A DNA stretch of 64,000 bases, from contig OZ024752.1 in assembly GCA_964016885.1 (NCBI GenBank), positions 17,298,001-17,362,000 of the forward strand, read 5' to 3'. A model generated the notes under the pieces. It searched no databases. It was not told where the DNA came from and saw only the letters and a list, made by a program, of their open reading frames with translations. Position 1 is the first letter of the stretch, and every line of letters begins with the position of its first letter. The translations under genes were made by a program, and so were the position numbers. This document shows positions 1 to 13,036 of this stretch, piece by piece. The stretch is from Eledone cirrhosa (taxonomy: Eukaryota).

Positions 1-799
1 ACTGGTTGAGAAGAGGAGACCTCAAAAAGGCTACAGAAGGAATGATAATGGCTGCGCAGGAGCAGGCCCTCAAAACGAAGTGGTTGAAGCACCATATCTA
101 CAAGGAGGAGGCTAGCCCACTGTGCAGGATCTGTGGAGAGAGAGAGGAGACTGTGGCTCACATTGTGTCCGAGTGTAAACACCTAGCCCAGACCCACTAT
201 AAGGGCTGGAGACACGATGTGATGGGCAGGGTGATCCACTGGCACCTGTGCAAAGTAAACAATTTACCACATTCTGAGAAATGGTATGAGCATAGGCCAG
301 AGGCGGTGATGGAGAACAATCAGGTGAAGGTGCTGTGGGATTTTAGGATACAGACGGACAAAAAACTGGAACACAATAGACCTGACCTGGTGGTTGTGGA
401 CAAAGAAAAAAGAACGTGTCTGATTGTGGATGTGGCCTGCCCGTTCGACACGAGAGTGCAAGAGAAGGAGAGGGAGAAAATTAACCGATACCAGGACCTA
501 AAGTGGGAGGTGAAAAGGATTTGGAACTGCCATGAAGTCAAAATGATCCCGATTGTCATAGGCGCACTGGGGACTATCTCCAAAAGTTTCCAGGGATGGT
601 TAAAGAAAATCGGCCCCTTCACGCTTTTTGGAACGCTTCAAAAGGCATGCTTGCTTGGAACAGCAAGAACCCTCCGATACGTCCTGAATATCTGAGGCTG
701 CAGGTAGTGGCTTGATATTCAATCCAACGGACTTTCCAGTTAACCAACATCAATGACTGAGATTCAAGGAATAACAACAACAATAATAATAATAATAAT
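1..799 (+). mobile_element. 3' part of R4/Dong-like RLE non-LTR retrotransposon (copy 1, cut by window edge), with 3' UTR and AAT(AAC)3(AAT)6 tail
   Basis: ORF ending at 695 has a CCHC finger (CRICGEREETVAHIVSEC), RHD motif and RLE PD..D..K motif (RPDLVVVD..IVDVACP..EK..RY). Near-identical to 38182-38980. Confidence 0.9.
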
Positions 800-1050
800 G
801 ATTTCTTTATTAACCACAAGGGTTTACATAAAGTAGACATTAAGGACAGTGCAGGACAATGCAGGACGGTACAAATGGGCATTTCTGCGTGTAAAAAACA
901 AAAACAGAGGATGTAACAAAAAATAACAATGAAAAATTCCCCAATAGGGGGGGAGACTTCGGAGGGACATTTGTGGAGAAAGCCCAGTAAAAAGCCACAA
1001 TGACCCTGACCACCAAGGCAAGTGCCCTCTCCCAGTTTTCCACCTTTAAT

Positions 1051-4000
1051 TTACAGATATATACTCAGAGTAGGCCCATTCACTCGGGCCATTCTTGCTT
1101 CTCTCACCCATCTTTCAACAAAATGCTGGGAAGAGAGCACTTCCCTCTCTACTCTAATTTTCCTTTTCAAATGAAATTTGAAAAAGTCAATCAGAGCATC
1201 ACCGAAGAGGTAAGTGCTCGTCTTCAGCCCTTTCAAACGTGTCCACCATACTATCTCTTTCGCCATGGCCACCGGACACATAAAAACTGCCTGCCCTTCC
1301 CGGCTAAAGGAGGAGGGCGGGGCAATCCTCACGATGGACTCAGATGATAGCCGGATCCGTCCTAGACGCGACAGCAGGTGTTCGACATAAACCCACAAGT
1401 CAGCAATTTTCGGACACTGGACGAGTGCGTGCAGGACGGTTTCGTCGCCCTGCGCGCATCTCGGACATGCCCGGCTGACGGCACCTCCATGCCTGTAGAG
1501 TTTATCCCGAACTGGCAAGGCTCCTCGGTAGCACTGCCAGGCCAGAGATTTCTGGAAGTTGTCCATAGGCCCCGGCCCGAAAGTTCTTCCGAAGAGATTG
1601 GCTAGTTGATTTTCGTCGACGCCTAGAGTTTCCCAAAGTACGTCGTCGCTCTTCCCCTCCACTAATCCTCTATAGAACGCCGAGGTGGAGTTTCCACCGA
1701 TCACATTGCCCGATTGGTCGAGGGCTGTGAGCGCCTGAAGACATTCCAGTCTCCAGGCGCTCCCTCTCGGTCTTCGCTTGACCCAGGACTGCAGCTCCGT
1801 CAAGGAAACGAGCTGGGGAAATACGCGCCTAGCAAACGGCGACCACACCTGATCACCGTCGAGGAAGAGGTGGAGATGTCGTAGCCTGAGCGCGTGCCTG
1901 CGCATCATCAGCCACGGCACGCCCAGCCCTCCACGTAGCGGGTGTTGACAACAGATGGACCGCCTGACCATCGGAGCACGTCCCTTCCACAAAAAGCGAA
2001 AGAGCAAACGCTCCAGCGCAGTCAGGCGAGGCTTAGGACAAGGTACAACGGTCAGGCGGTAGCAGATGACAGACGCGATGTACGCGTTAGCCACCTCCGC
2101 TCGACCTTTCAGGGATAGCTTCCTCTCCGCCCATTTCTGGGTGAGAGAAGCCACCCTGCTCGTCACCTCGTCCCAGTTTTTGTCCGTCTGGAGGTCCGGA
2201 CCGAACCAGACCCCTAGCAATTTAACCGGTCCGTCCGTCCAGCGCCCGACGACGCTGTTGGACGGCATGGACCTGCCTCTCCAGGTGCCGAGCTGCAGGC
2301 CCACTGACTTTTCCTGGTTGATCATTGCTCCTGTCACCGCTTCGTATTCTCTTAGTGTAGTGCCGATCGCCTCGATGTGTTTGGCGTTCGACACCACTAC
2401 GGTGACATCGTCCGCATATGCTGACACGGATCTTCCGCATCCTAGTTCGCGCGGGACTCCCCTCAACGTCTCCAGTTTGTGCAGTAATGGCTCGAGAGTC
2501 AATACGTACAAGAGGGACGAGAGGGGACATCCTTGGCGGACCGAGCGCATGATGTTGAACGGTTCCGATAGGTGACCGTTCACTCTCACCACAGAGCAGA
2601 TGTCGCTGTGCATGGCAGCGATCCAGCCTCTGAAGACGGGCCCAAAGCCAGCCGCCCTCAGGACGGCCGCTAGGTAACGATGGTCGACCCTATCGAAAGC
2701 TTTCGACTGATCTAAATTGATCAAGGACCCACCCGTGCCAGGTTCCTTAGCTACCCTCTCTATGATGTATCGCATGAGGTGGAGGTTGTCGTGGATGGAT
2801 CTGTCGGGAATGGCGCATGTCTGCGCCTCTCCCACCAGACCACCAACGACAAGCGCCAACCTCTTTGCTAGCACCTTGGCCAAAATCTTGAACTCTGTGT
2901 TTAGCAGAGTTATGGGCCGGAAATTGTCTATGTTATCCCCCTTGTTCGGATCCTTTCTCAGCAGTGCCACCGCTCCTCGGCTCACAGAACTGGGAATTCT
3001 CCCGTTCTGTTGCCAGTTGCAGTAGACGTCCGCCAAGAGGCTTCCGAACAAGTCTGGCATCTGTACGTAAAGTTCATAGGGCAGACCATCCAAACCAGGC
3101 GATTTACCCCTTGTGCAGCCAGTCATTGCCTCCCTTACTTCAGCGGCTGTTATCGGCTTTTCGCAACACCTCGCCTCAGTGGCCGAGAGCCGCGGCAGTC
3201 CGTCGAGGTAGACACTAAAGTCCATCCCTCTACCTGGCCCCCCGCTGCCCCCGAACAGCTGAGCGAAGTGTCGCTGAAAAGCTTCACACATTTGCCCGGG
3301 ATCGAGTAGCATGCGCCCGTCGTGGTCCACCAAAGACCGGATCGTGGCTTTGTTGCCACGACGCGCCTCCGCCACTCGGGCCCATTGAACGGCTTTCGTC
3401 CCCTCGTGTCTGAGAGCACGCACCCTAGCTTTGACAACGCAGCCTTCGTGCTTTGCATTGAAGAATTGGTCAAGGGCCAATTTCGCCGCAAGCACGTCGG
3501 TCGCAATGCCTTTGCTAAGCGCCTCGTCTAATTTTCTAACTAGTTCTCCCTCTGCTCTATTTTTCTCTATTGCTAAAGCCTTACTAAACCTAATCGATTC
3601 TATTCTAATCGCTCTTTTCAGAGCAAACCACCACTTGTTGTTGACGATGGCCCCCGTCAACGCCCGCTTAACTAGTTCGCTAATCCGGTCTCTGTAGGCC
3701 TTGCGCGCTGGTAAGGACTCGTTTAGATTCCAGTAGCCGGGTCCTCGTCTATGAAGCCTATCTAAGTCAAGCACACAGGTCACGAATTTGTGGTCCGTGT
3801 AGCTGACTATCTTGAATTGTGGACAGCCTATGCTAGACCTATCTATTTCCCTACAAAATACTCTATCTAGATATGATCTGGATGACCCTATGCGGTTTGT
3901 TCAAGTCCACATTGGCACATTCGGGAAATCCAATCGGTACCTGTCAGACAGTTCAAAACGCCTGAGCAGGTTGGTGAGGCTCTTGCACCCTCCACCCCTA

Positions 4001-4470
4001 TCCGCTAATCCCACACAGTCCCAGCGTGCATCTAAGATCCCGTTCCAGTCGCCCACTAACACTAAAGAGCGGGACGTTCCAAGAAAGGTCTCCAGACGCC
4101 GGAAGAAATCAGGCCGCCCTGCTCCTGTCGGGGCATAGACGGCCACTAGCCTGAAAGCTTGCCCGTCTCCGCTGGTCACGTCCAGCACCACCAGCTTACC
4201 CTCTGGGTCCAGGAAGATGGCCCGTATGGCGTGATCCAAACCTCTCCGAAAAAGCACAGCAACTCCTCCACCCGATCCAGGACGGCTGGGAGATGCGTAC
4301 ACATCGTAGCCGCCGAAGATCGGTGCGAAGGCCCGTGCTTCGGAGATTCTGGTCTCGCTGATGGCCACTACATCTATGTTTAGTGACCTGAGGTCGTTGA
4401 GCAGGTGACCCTGCTTCCATGACGACCCCAAGCCACGCGCATTTATGCTGCCTATTCTGAGTGAGGTCAT
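1051..4470 (-). pseudogene. Tx1 ORF2 (APE endonuclease, reverse transcriptase, CCHC) with a single in-frame TGA at 3901-3903
   Basis: ORFs 3901..4470 and 1051..3783 are in the same frame. Motifs SINARGL, SET, GDWN, YLDR, TDH (APE); KSPGLDG, RPITLLN, LDQSKAFD, QGCPLS, YADD (RT); CPRC..H..C. Confidence 0.9.
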
Positions 4471-4505
4471 GTTTAAAATAGAGTGGAAAAGATGGGAAAG
4501 ACCAC

Positions 4506-6612
4506 TTACCGTACTTTTGGTAGAGGAGGGATGGTTTTTACATCCCTTTTCACTTGATCGTCTGGTGAAGGGACCGTTGAATCGTCCCTTCGGCTGGTCG
4601 TCGGCTCTTCTAAGAGAATGTCTGAATATACTCTTCGATTGATGGTTCCTCCTAGGTCCCTGAAATCACCAACTGCGTTGGGGAATTTCGTTTTAATGTT
4701 TGTGTATTGTTTCTGTGCTATTTTTAGCAGTCTTATGTTAGTTGGCGTTTTGATTGGTGCTGGTATTATGTAGTCCTGTTGTGAAATGTCTGTGTGTTCA
4801 ATTATGTAAGTCATTAGTTTCTTGTTGTGTGTGTTTATTGCCGTGCATTTGTTTTTCTGGGGGTGGGGTGTGGTTCTGCTATTTTCTTGTCGTTGTTGCT
4901 GGGTGTGTGTGTTTTGTTGTTGTGTTTGCGATGTTGGTGCTTGTGGTGGTGGTGTTGAAGGTGTTGTTGGCGGTGGGGTTGTCGCCGGTGGTGATGGTGG
5001 TGCTGGTGTGGGTGGTGATGGTGTTGGTGGTGTTGCTGCTGTGGGTCTCTTTGCAGTAGACTTTACCCTTTTCTCATTTCTTTCCTCCCTTTTCAAAGGC
5101 GACGATGCGCTGCTTCTGCGTTTGTGCCTTCTTGCGACCTTTTGCCATCCCTCTCCCACCTCACACTCCATGTCTGATTCTGTGAGGTCGGGGAGGGGTA
5201 CCAGCTCCACTCTTTCACTTGTTGTTGTTGGTGATGTTTGCACTGGAGTCTCTGTTGCAGCTCTATTTGGTATTGCTGTTGTTGTTGTTAATATTTCCAC
5301 TGCTGCTGCTGTTTTTGATTTCCGTGGAGTGGGTATGGGTGCCACGGACCTATCGTTCCTGGTTGCCGCTTGTCCTGTTGCTGGTAGCCGTGGAGTCGGA
5401 TTCGGAAGGAGGGGGGTTTTCTCCTTTCTCAGGGTCTTCTCGTTGCAGAAGGCCCTGAGGTGAGTCTTCGATCCACAGCGAACGCATTTCGGGCGTTTGC
5501 CCTCAACACTTATGGGCAGTTGAGTGCCGTTATCGAAGTCTATCACATCCGGGATAGCTTCGATGCACTCCTGGTTGGTTTGGATTAGCATCTCAATGGA
5601 GGAGCCGACCCAATCTTCTCTTACTTTTTTCTGTACTTGCAGTACAGTTGTTTTGTCCTCGATTCCGACGAGGACAGACGCGGCCAGCCAAGAAGGGGTC
5701 ATTCCGGGGGGGGGGGGGGACGTGGGTCAGTTTGACCCTCACAATTTTTTGCCCGCAGTAGGAGGGCACCAACACCATTTCCTCGCTGCTCCTTAGGGTC
5801 ACTACTGATTGGGCCTTTGCCTCCTGGGGTGTGGCAAAAAGTACGTCTACGGTGGCATATTTTTTGCCTCGGGTGATGTGCGTTTTCCGCTGCCACACAG
5901 ACCCCAAGGCTTTTTGTATTTGGGCCTCTGTGGCTCTTTCCACCTTACGGGATTTTGTACTTACTGTACGGTACGTGACCGTACAGTGCTCTTGGGTTTC
6001 GAAAAAATGTTCCGCTGCCTTGCAGATTGCTCGGTGTCCATTCTTTGTCACCATCTTCTTCGCTTCCTCTAATTCCTCATTTGTTATGAGGATTGTTTCC
6101 AAGTTTTTCGCAATACCTGCAAATGAGATTGGTTTTTCTCTGCTGTTGTTGTTGTCGTCAGAGCTGCTGGTACTTTTGTTGTTGCTGCAGGTACTACGAC
6201 TACTGCCTCCGCCGCTGTTGCTGTGGTTGTTGTTGGTGTTGCTGCTGCTAATGATGTTGTTGTTTATGCTGCTGGTGATGCTGTTGCGGCTGCTACTGTT
6301 GTTTTCATTGTCACTGTTGCTGTTGTTATTACGGCTGCTACTGCTATTATTCCTGACGTCAGACGAATGAACTGGGTTTTCGTATTTCCCGCACACCTGT
6401 TTCGTCGCTGTCGTCGTCGTCGTGGAGAAACCTTGCACGCTTTGCACGAGACTTTTCTTTTCTTTCGTCACTTGCGAAAGAGAAGGGAGGGAGAGAGACA
6501 CATTTAAAGAAGGGAGGGAGAGAGACAATCTTCTCTCTGCTGTAGTGATGATTGAGGAAGAAAAAGACGGAATGAGTGGGAGTGACGTATGAAATTTCTT
6601 TTTCGTAGCCAT
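4506..6612 (-). pseudogene. Tx1 ORF1 (gag-like), split by a frameshift in the G14 run at 5706-5719
   Basis: ORFs 5593..6612 and 4506..5702 join across the homopolymer. CX2CX4HX4C knuckle CVRCGSKTHLRAFC; Ser/Asn-rich and Pro/Thr-rich low-complexity tracts. Confidence 0.8.
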
Positions 6613-6854
6613 GTTGTTTTTTGTTTAAAATGAAATTTTGGGTACAAAACCCCAATAACTGGTTATTTAACCCCGAAGGGCCAAATAACGGACAGAAAGA
6701 CCCCTCTCACGAGGAGTAGGGTGTCTTTATCAACAGTTTGGTTCAAGTTTTAAACAATTTACAATTGTTTTAACGGTTAAAAATTACTATACCTTACAGA
6801 GCCGAGCCTCCGTCAACCATGGCATTCAATAATAATAATAATAATAGTACACTA

Positions 6855-7130
6855 TTAATAATTATTAATGCACTCGTGCAATGCCTGTGCGTTACGAATA
6901 TTTTTAAAGTGAGGAAAGACTGTGCACTGAGCCAATCCCACTCTCTGAGCGACAGTAGCTATAACCCGAAAAGAAGAAAAGATCAACATAATCGGTAACT
7001 ACTGAGTCGCAGGTTTTATATCGGAGTTAACCCAGTTTCCTGAGATGCCTTCTCCTAGAAGAATGCACTGACAAGGGCTAGGGGTTCTTCACTCCCAGTG
7101 GTTTAACTGCGCGATCGGGCATCCAGCCCG
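6855..7130 (-). repeat. Dispersed non-coding repeat related to 18884-19090 and to the 19.1-21 kb tandem units (RTE-type 5' UTR-like)
   Basis: Reverse complement aligns with 18884-19090 (gagtgggattggctcagt, gatcttttcttcttttcgggttatagc). Confidence 0.6.
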
Positions 7131-7285
7131 ATTATTTCTATGTCCCCGCGCAAAAAAAAAAAAAAAAAATCACTTATTGACACTTATACGTACGACATAC
7201 ACACACACGCATACATATGCGCGCGCACAGCAACACTCATACATACAAATAAACACACACACACGCTACTCTACTCACTTACACG

Positions 7286-7326
<41 letters not shown>

Positions 7327-7444
7327 TACCGTCATTACTGATACAAGATTACAAGATTATGTCAACTGTTGACTTTCAAGAGTTTGTATAGTTGAAGCCG
7401 ATCGTATTACAGTCCAGTATTATTATAATTGCTTTACAGCATAG

Positions 7445-7565
7445 AGTTATGGCTCTCCACGCTCTGAGCTCAAATCCCGCCGAGGTCAACCTTGCCTTTC
7501 ATCCCCACGGAGTCAACAAAATAGAGTACCAGTGATGCGCTGGACAGTCGCTGGATCCGTGCCAA
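7445..7565 (+). mobile_element. SINE fragment; same family at 12400-12500(-), 23440-23512(+), 54845-55000(-), 57345-57445(-)
   Basis: B-box-like GAGTTCAAATCCC followed by ccgaggtcaac/ttaac-ttgcctttcatcc...gtaccagt, seen five times in the window. Confidence 0.7.
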
Positions 7566-7667
7566 AAGCAGAAAAATTATTATTAAAGTTGTTTTCTTAA
7601 GGCCCGGTCGCTGGTGATGGTGATGGCGGCGGCGGTGGCGGTGGTGTGGTGGTGGCAGTTGATGTTG

Positions 7668-7738
<71 letters not shown>

Positions 7739-8389
7739 GTTATTTTGAGTTTTTTTGTTTTTTTTCCCCTTTTCTTTTCTTTTCCCTTCCTTTTTTTATG
7801 TTTTGATGCCGCTGTTGTTGTTGTTGTAAATGTACATTTCAGTTCATTCTGAAGCTGTTGTTGCTGTAAACATTAGTGCCGGTGTTGTTGTTGTTGTAGA
7901 TGTTGGGGTTGATCTGGTCGTTTGACTGAGTGATGTATATACACACATATACATACACACACATATATATATATATATACACATTCAACAGAGAGTAGAG
8001 AGTTTGACAACAGGTCGATGACTTTAGTCTAGATAGGGTATGGTATAGTAATGACATGTGATGGTGGGGAGAGAGTGTAGACGTTATTGTGGTGGTGGGG
8101 ACAGTGAGATGTATCTAGTTCATTTGACCGTTTTCTTCTTAGCAAAATTTGAATTTTAGCCATGTTATATTGAGATGTAAGTAAATGTAAAATGTAAAAT
8201 ATAAATAAGGATTGCTCTGCTAAAATATACTAAAATATTTGTGTAACTTCCACAAACTTCTGTCGTGACATTCCCGAGTCCAGTGACCAAAAAATTGTTG
8301 TATTTTGATGTTTCAGAATACAAAAATTAATTAAAAACTTACCCCACGAAAAGACAGCGTGTGTTGTCCTATCTATAAGCTCCCTCACA

Positions 8390-8743
8390 TATCTACATAC
8401 ATACATACATACATACATACATACATACATACATACATACATACATACATACATACATACATACATACTGGAATGCATTAATTTCATGTATTTTTGTGTG
8501 CATGTCTATTTGTGCGCGCATATATAAAGTGAGTTTAGAGTTGACTTTACCTGTAATTCGTGTTTTACAATTCATGCTTAGATGCACCTTGGTAAGTAGT
8601 GATCAGATACGTTATTAATAATGGACAACCTCAATCATTAGGTAACATCTGTCCACTGATCTTTTCGATGAATGCCATTTCTTTAAATACAACACGTATT
8701 ACATAGTGACACAGTTGACATGTACATTATTGTTATCATATTT

Positions 8744-8791
<48 letters not shown>

Positions 8792-8973
8792 ACGCACACG
8801 CACACACACACGCACTCCCCCCCGCACGCGCACACGCACGCACACACACACACGCGCGCGCGCACACACACACACGCACACACACACACACACACACACA
8901 TATATACACATACACAAACACATATGTATAGTGACAGCACTCCTCCTCTCTCCTCTCTCTGCCCCTCTCTCTC

Positions 8974-9031
<58 letters not shown>
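8390..9031. repeat. Microsatellite cluster (ATAC)n, (CA)n, (CG)n, (CT)n, (TA)n
   Basis: Directly visible simple repeats. Confidence 0.95.
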
Positions 9032-9032
<1 letters not shown>

Positions 9033-10680
9033 TCGGATATAATAAAATAGATAACCGCACCAAAGATCACGTCCCCGTCGACGGTGAATACTGTAGATTA
9101 CTCAAACTATTCCCCTATTACAAAACCAACAAAGGCGACGGCCTACTACCAACGCCTTCCAACCAACATCTTCGTGTACATAAACATGGAAGAGGTAGAA
9201 AGAGTGCACCCGAGCATAAAGTGAAAGGGGCACCGAACGGGCGACAGCGCATTAACACACATAAGAGCGATCACTTAGATGGAACCACCCGTAGCAAAAG
9301 TACAAGGACACGTAATCGCCACCGTAACGTCCTATGGTTCCACCCCACCCCCTACTCTCGGAGTGTGGCCTCCAACATACCCCGGATATTCTTCGAAGCC
9401 TTAGAGAAGAACTTCCCGCCCAACCATAGGTATAGAAAAATTCTTAATAGGAACAATATAAAAATATCCTTCTCTACTACCCCTAACTTAGCAGACATCA
9501 TAGGAACAACGAACCACAGTAAGATCACCAAGACACAGCACCTCGACACAGACGCACCTACACCTGACAATAACTATATCGGCCTTAACAACTCCCTGGC
9601 AGCATCCAATAGTGTTGGCAACGGCATCCGCAGACGCAACCGGAATGACCGCGAAGTGACTGGGGAACATGCAGAACATGACGTGCGGAATAACAATCGC
9701 ACCATCCCGCGTGCTGTGGGTTGTAATTGTGCTAACGACAGCTGCGGTAGCGTAGGTAACAACGTAGGCAGCAACAATGATAGCCTTACCGTGGGAAATA
9801 GACGGAACCGCGACAGAAATTGCAACTGCCGCGACAGAGGACGCTGCCCCCTTAGAGGATACTGCTTGACTGATAGGGTTATATATAGATGCACTATTAC
9901 TAGCCACAATAGCGTTAAACATTATATAGGGGCCACCTCCGGCCCGTTCAAAATTAGGTTTCGAACACATCTCCACTCTTTCACAAATAGAAAACTAAGA
10001 CACTCCACTTCGCTCGCGGACTACATCACATCACTAAAGGACTCAAACATCAGCTTCTCCACGCACTGGGAGATTGTCGGCAGGGCTGCAACGTACAACT
10101 TCAAGAGGAAATGCGATCTTTGCCTCATGGAATCTACCACATCATAACTGCACCCCACGAGCTCATCAACAGCAGAGCTGAAACAGCGATAAGTTGTACA
10201 CATCGCTTAAAAATTTCCTTCTTTAGATGGGTTAAGGATGAAGAGTGAAATAGTACACTGGATCTCCCTGCAACAAGTCTTAACACCCCGGCGGGCAGGC
10301 GCTGCAAAATAACACCCAGAAAACAATCCTTGCATACCAGACCCAGCCTCAAACAAACGGATGCGGTAAAAAAAAAAAAAAAAAAAATTATCCGGGAAAG
10401 ACTGCCCTAACACCGGCCAGAGTTACCTCCCTTGACCTGTTGCAAAATCAAAACAAGATATTTTTGCGAGCAATGAATCTTGATGTAGATTTAACCCCCA
10501 AAACTCTTTCCGAACTATATATGGAACACTTGTGATTATTTATGCCCTTGAGAAGCTCAACTGGGCGAAACGTACGTAGGTGATATTTTAAATAAACATG
10601 TTTTAACGGTCTATTCTCCGATTTTTTACTTTCCCACGTGCTTACGCTCTGCTAACTCTCTAGCCCACTAAATATTAACA
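9032..10680 (+). mobile_element. 5'-truncated Penelope-like element: linker, GIY-YIG endonuclease and 3' pLTR
   Basis: RNVLWFHP.PYS..V.SNI, CNCR..CPL..YCL, VIYRC..HYIGAT, RF..H..SF, CDLCLME (frameshifted at the end). Hammerhead-like motif and AATAAA downstream; starts at (TA)n. Confidence 0.85.
10544..10582 (+). ncRNA. Degenerate minimal hammerhead-like motif in the PLE pLTR
   Basis: cc-TTGAGAA-gctc aact gggc-GAAAC gtac GTA-gg; palindromic stem III ACGTACGT; core deviates from CUGANGA. Confidence 0.45.
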
Positions 10681-11067
10681 CTTCGAATATTTAATACTGC
10701 CGGCACTGGTATCGAGCACCTTTGGCATACGCTACTTGGCAAATAACTATATGTATCACCTATCCCTCCTTTTTCTCTTTTTCTCGATACGTAAATACTA
10801 TATATATATATATAGATATATATATATATAGTAGAATAATCGAGAATCGGAATATCAGCCCACGAAATCACGATAAACAATATCCGACATGTGTGGCAGA
10901 GGGATCAATAATTTGGATAAATCAGAGCTATAACCATCGTTAAATTACCAACACATAGAGATTATGCCTAAAATCACCCGTGCAGCCGAAAAATAACGAC
11001 CAGGAAGATTCGGGTCACTCAAATAAAATATCAATAAATTAATAAATTAAATGAATATATATATAGT

Positions 11068-11195
11068 GGAGGCACGTGGCCTAGTGGTAAGAGTGTTGGA
11101 CTTACTATCATAATGTCGTGGGTTCGATTCCTCGGGTGCGTGTAGTGTTCTTGAGCAAAACACTTCATTTCACGCTGCTCCAGTATACTCAGCGT
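11068..11195 (+). mobile_element. tRNA-derived SINE head; another at 57228-57292(-)
   Basis: A box TGGCCTAGTGG, B box GGTTCGATTCC, then a gtgttcttgagcaaaacactt central domain; no tRNA acceptor stem. Confidence 0.7.
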
Positions 11196-11364
11196 GAGAC
11201 ATCAAAACATTACTTCATTCACAATACCTGTCCCAGCACCAAATGCATTGTCAATTGCAGGTATTATGCAGAACACTGCCAAGCTGCACACCTATATATC
11301 TACAACTATATATATATATATATATAATATAAGATCAAAAGATGGTTAAAAGAGTTCCAGGTAT

Positions 11365-11430
11365 TTTATTATGCGCATTTCACAAACAAATATCATCATG
11401 GGATGATATCTGCGTTCTCATCAGATAAAA
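11365..11430 (-). ncRNA. Minimal type-I hammerhead ribozyme
   Basis: Minus strand: ttttat-CTGATGA-[cagatatcatc/gatgatatttg stem]-GAAA t gcgc ATA-ataaaa. Stem I 6 bp; palindromic stem III ATGCGCAT; lies downstream of a same-strand PLE remnant. Confidence 0.7.
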
Positions 11431-12714
11431 TAGGGATACATGATATGAAGCTTAAAAAACACTTGTGAATAGTGAAGTTTTAAATCAACATATGAAAAAT
11501 AAATTAAGATTGATGTATGAGATTGGGAAAAAGTGAGGGGGGGGGTAAGGAAGAGGAAGAGATGAGAGTAAAGAATGGTGGGGGGAGGAGTACAAGAAGG
11601 AAGGATGTGAGAGGGGGAGAGATGAGTGATAGAGAGAGAGATAGCCTTTACAACTGAGAAAAATATATATATTGTCTCACAGAGAGAAATTAAAAAGCCG
11701 TTGGAAGATAATAGATAATTTAAAAGAATTTGAAATTAAAAGTTAATGAGGTTTATGCATGAAGAAAAAGGAATTAAGAATAATATTAAATTAAGGTTTG
11801 TATATTGAAGGGTTTAATAATATGTGCGAGGAAAAGAAATTATTAATATGTATTATTAAAATAAAAATATTAATGTTATTAAGGATATAATGTGAAAAGA
11901 AGGAGAAGAATGAATGAGTTATGAATTTAGAGGAATTAGTTAGGGTTTAAGTTTGTTTTTATGTAATGTAATATGCATACGTAATATGTGTACGTAAATA
12001 GTTTGTTTAAAAATGAGCGCAGAAGGCAAAGAAGAAAAGAATGTTTAAGGAAGAAAATATCTAACATAAAAAAATATATATGTTTACGAAATATTTTCTA
12101 ATGGTAATAATATAATACATTAAAATAGATTAGTTAGGGTTTAAGTTTGTTTTTATGTATTGTAATATGTAAAAGTCAAATTAAGTATTAGTTTAAAACG
12201 AGCATGAAAGGATGGAGGAGATAAGAGAAATTTAAGGAAGAAAATATCTAACGTCAAAAAATTATATGTTTACGAAGGACTTCTAATGGTAATACTATAA
12301 CGTATTACCATAACGTATTAAAAAAAAAAAATTTTTATGGCCAATGATATGAGGAAAGATGGAAGAATGGATAATGTTGTGGTGAGTAATAATTGTTTCT
12401 ACTATTGGCACATGGCCAGCATTTAACCAGTGTATTACTGGTACATTATTTTATCGACCTCGTAAGGATGAAAGGCAAAGTTAACCTCGGCGGGATTTGA
12501 AGTAGTTAGGAAGAAAAAGCACAGATTAGAGGTTAGAAGTTAAAAAGAAAAGAGGAAGAAAGGAAAATGATAAAGAGGAATGATATAGAATGAGTAAATT
12601 GTATTATATAATATATAATAAATAATATTGAAATAAGGTAGAAAGATGGGTATATTTGTAAAAGATATATAAGCCTTTGAGAAAAAGGATTTTAAACTAG
12701 TAAGGTATTAGATA

Positions 12715-13022
12715 TTAGCTGTATACTTTATGTAATGTTCTGTGGAATTTATGCAAGCAGAGAGAAAATAAATCCGTGCGTCTATTTATTATAGAATTGA
12801 AATTAGATATAATGGTAAATTTCTCGGCTAGGCAGAGATTACATGTTCTGGATAGGGAGGAATTCAAGTAAGGAAAGGCAGAACAAACTTTTCTCCAAGA
12901 GATGTTATAGATAATATTTTTGTCTTTCAAGGACCATATGAGTTCCGAGAGTGCCATATAAGTTCCGTGTTAGTTCTTTTAAGTTGGTATCAAAAAGACG
13001 AATTGTGATTATAAAATCTAGC
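12715..13022 (-). mobile_element. Penelope-like element GIY-YIG C-terminal remnant; AT-rich 3' region extends to about 11330
   Basis: RFYNHNSSF..., ALSELIWSLK...CNLCLAEKFTI...C.H; homologous to the ORF ends at 10147 and 25377. Confidence 0.75.
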
Positions 13023-13036
13023 TTTGTGTGTGTGAT

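Larger units (their letters stand above)
800..6826 (-). mobile_element. Full-length Tx1-clade (L1 group) non-LTR retrotransposon, about 6.0 kb
   Basis: ORF1 with gag-like knuckle and ORF2 APE-RT-CCHC. 3' end AATAAAGAAATC with no poly(A). Flanked by identical C(AAT)6 at 781-799 and 6827-6845 (probable TSD). Confidence 0.9.

Noticed and set aside
8720-9031. His/Thr-rich N-terminus of the 475-aa ORF and many CV/YI/HT ORFs
   Set aside because: Translations of microsatellites, not coding sequence.
11068-11155. tRNA gene
   Set aside because: Has A and B boxes but no closing acceptor stem, and continues into a SINE body.
11935-12160. Telomere-like TTAGGG
   Set aside because: Two isolated hexamers within a ~194-bp local duplication, not an array.
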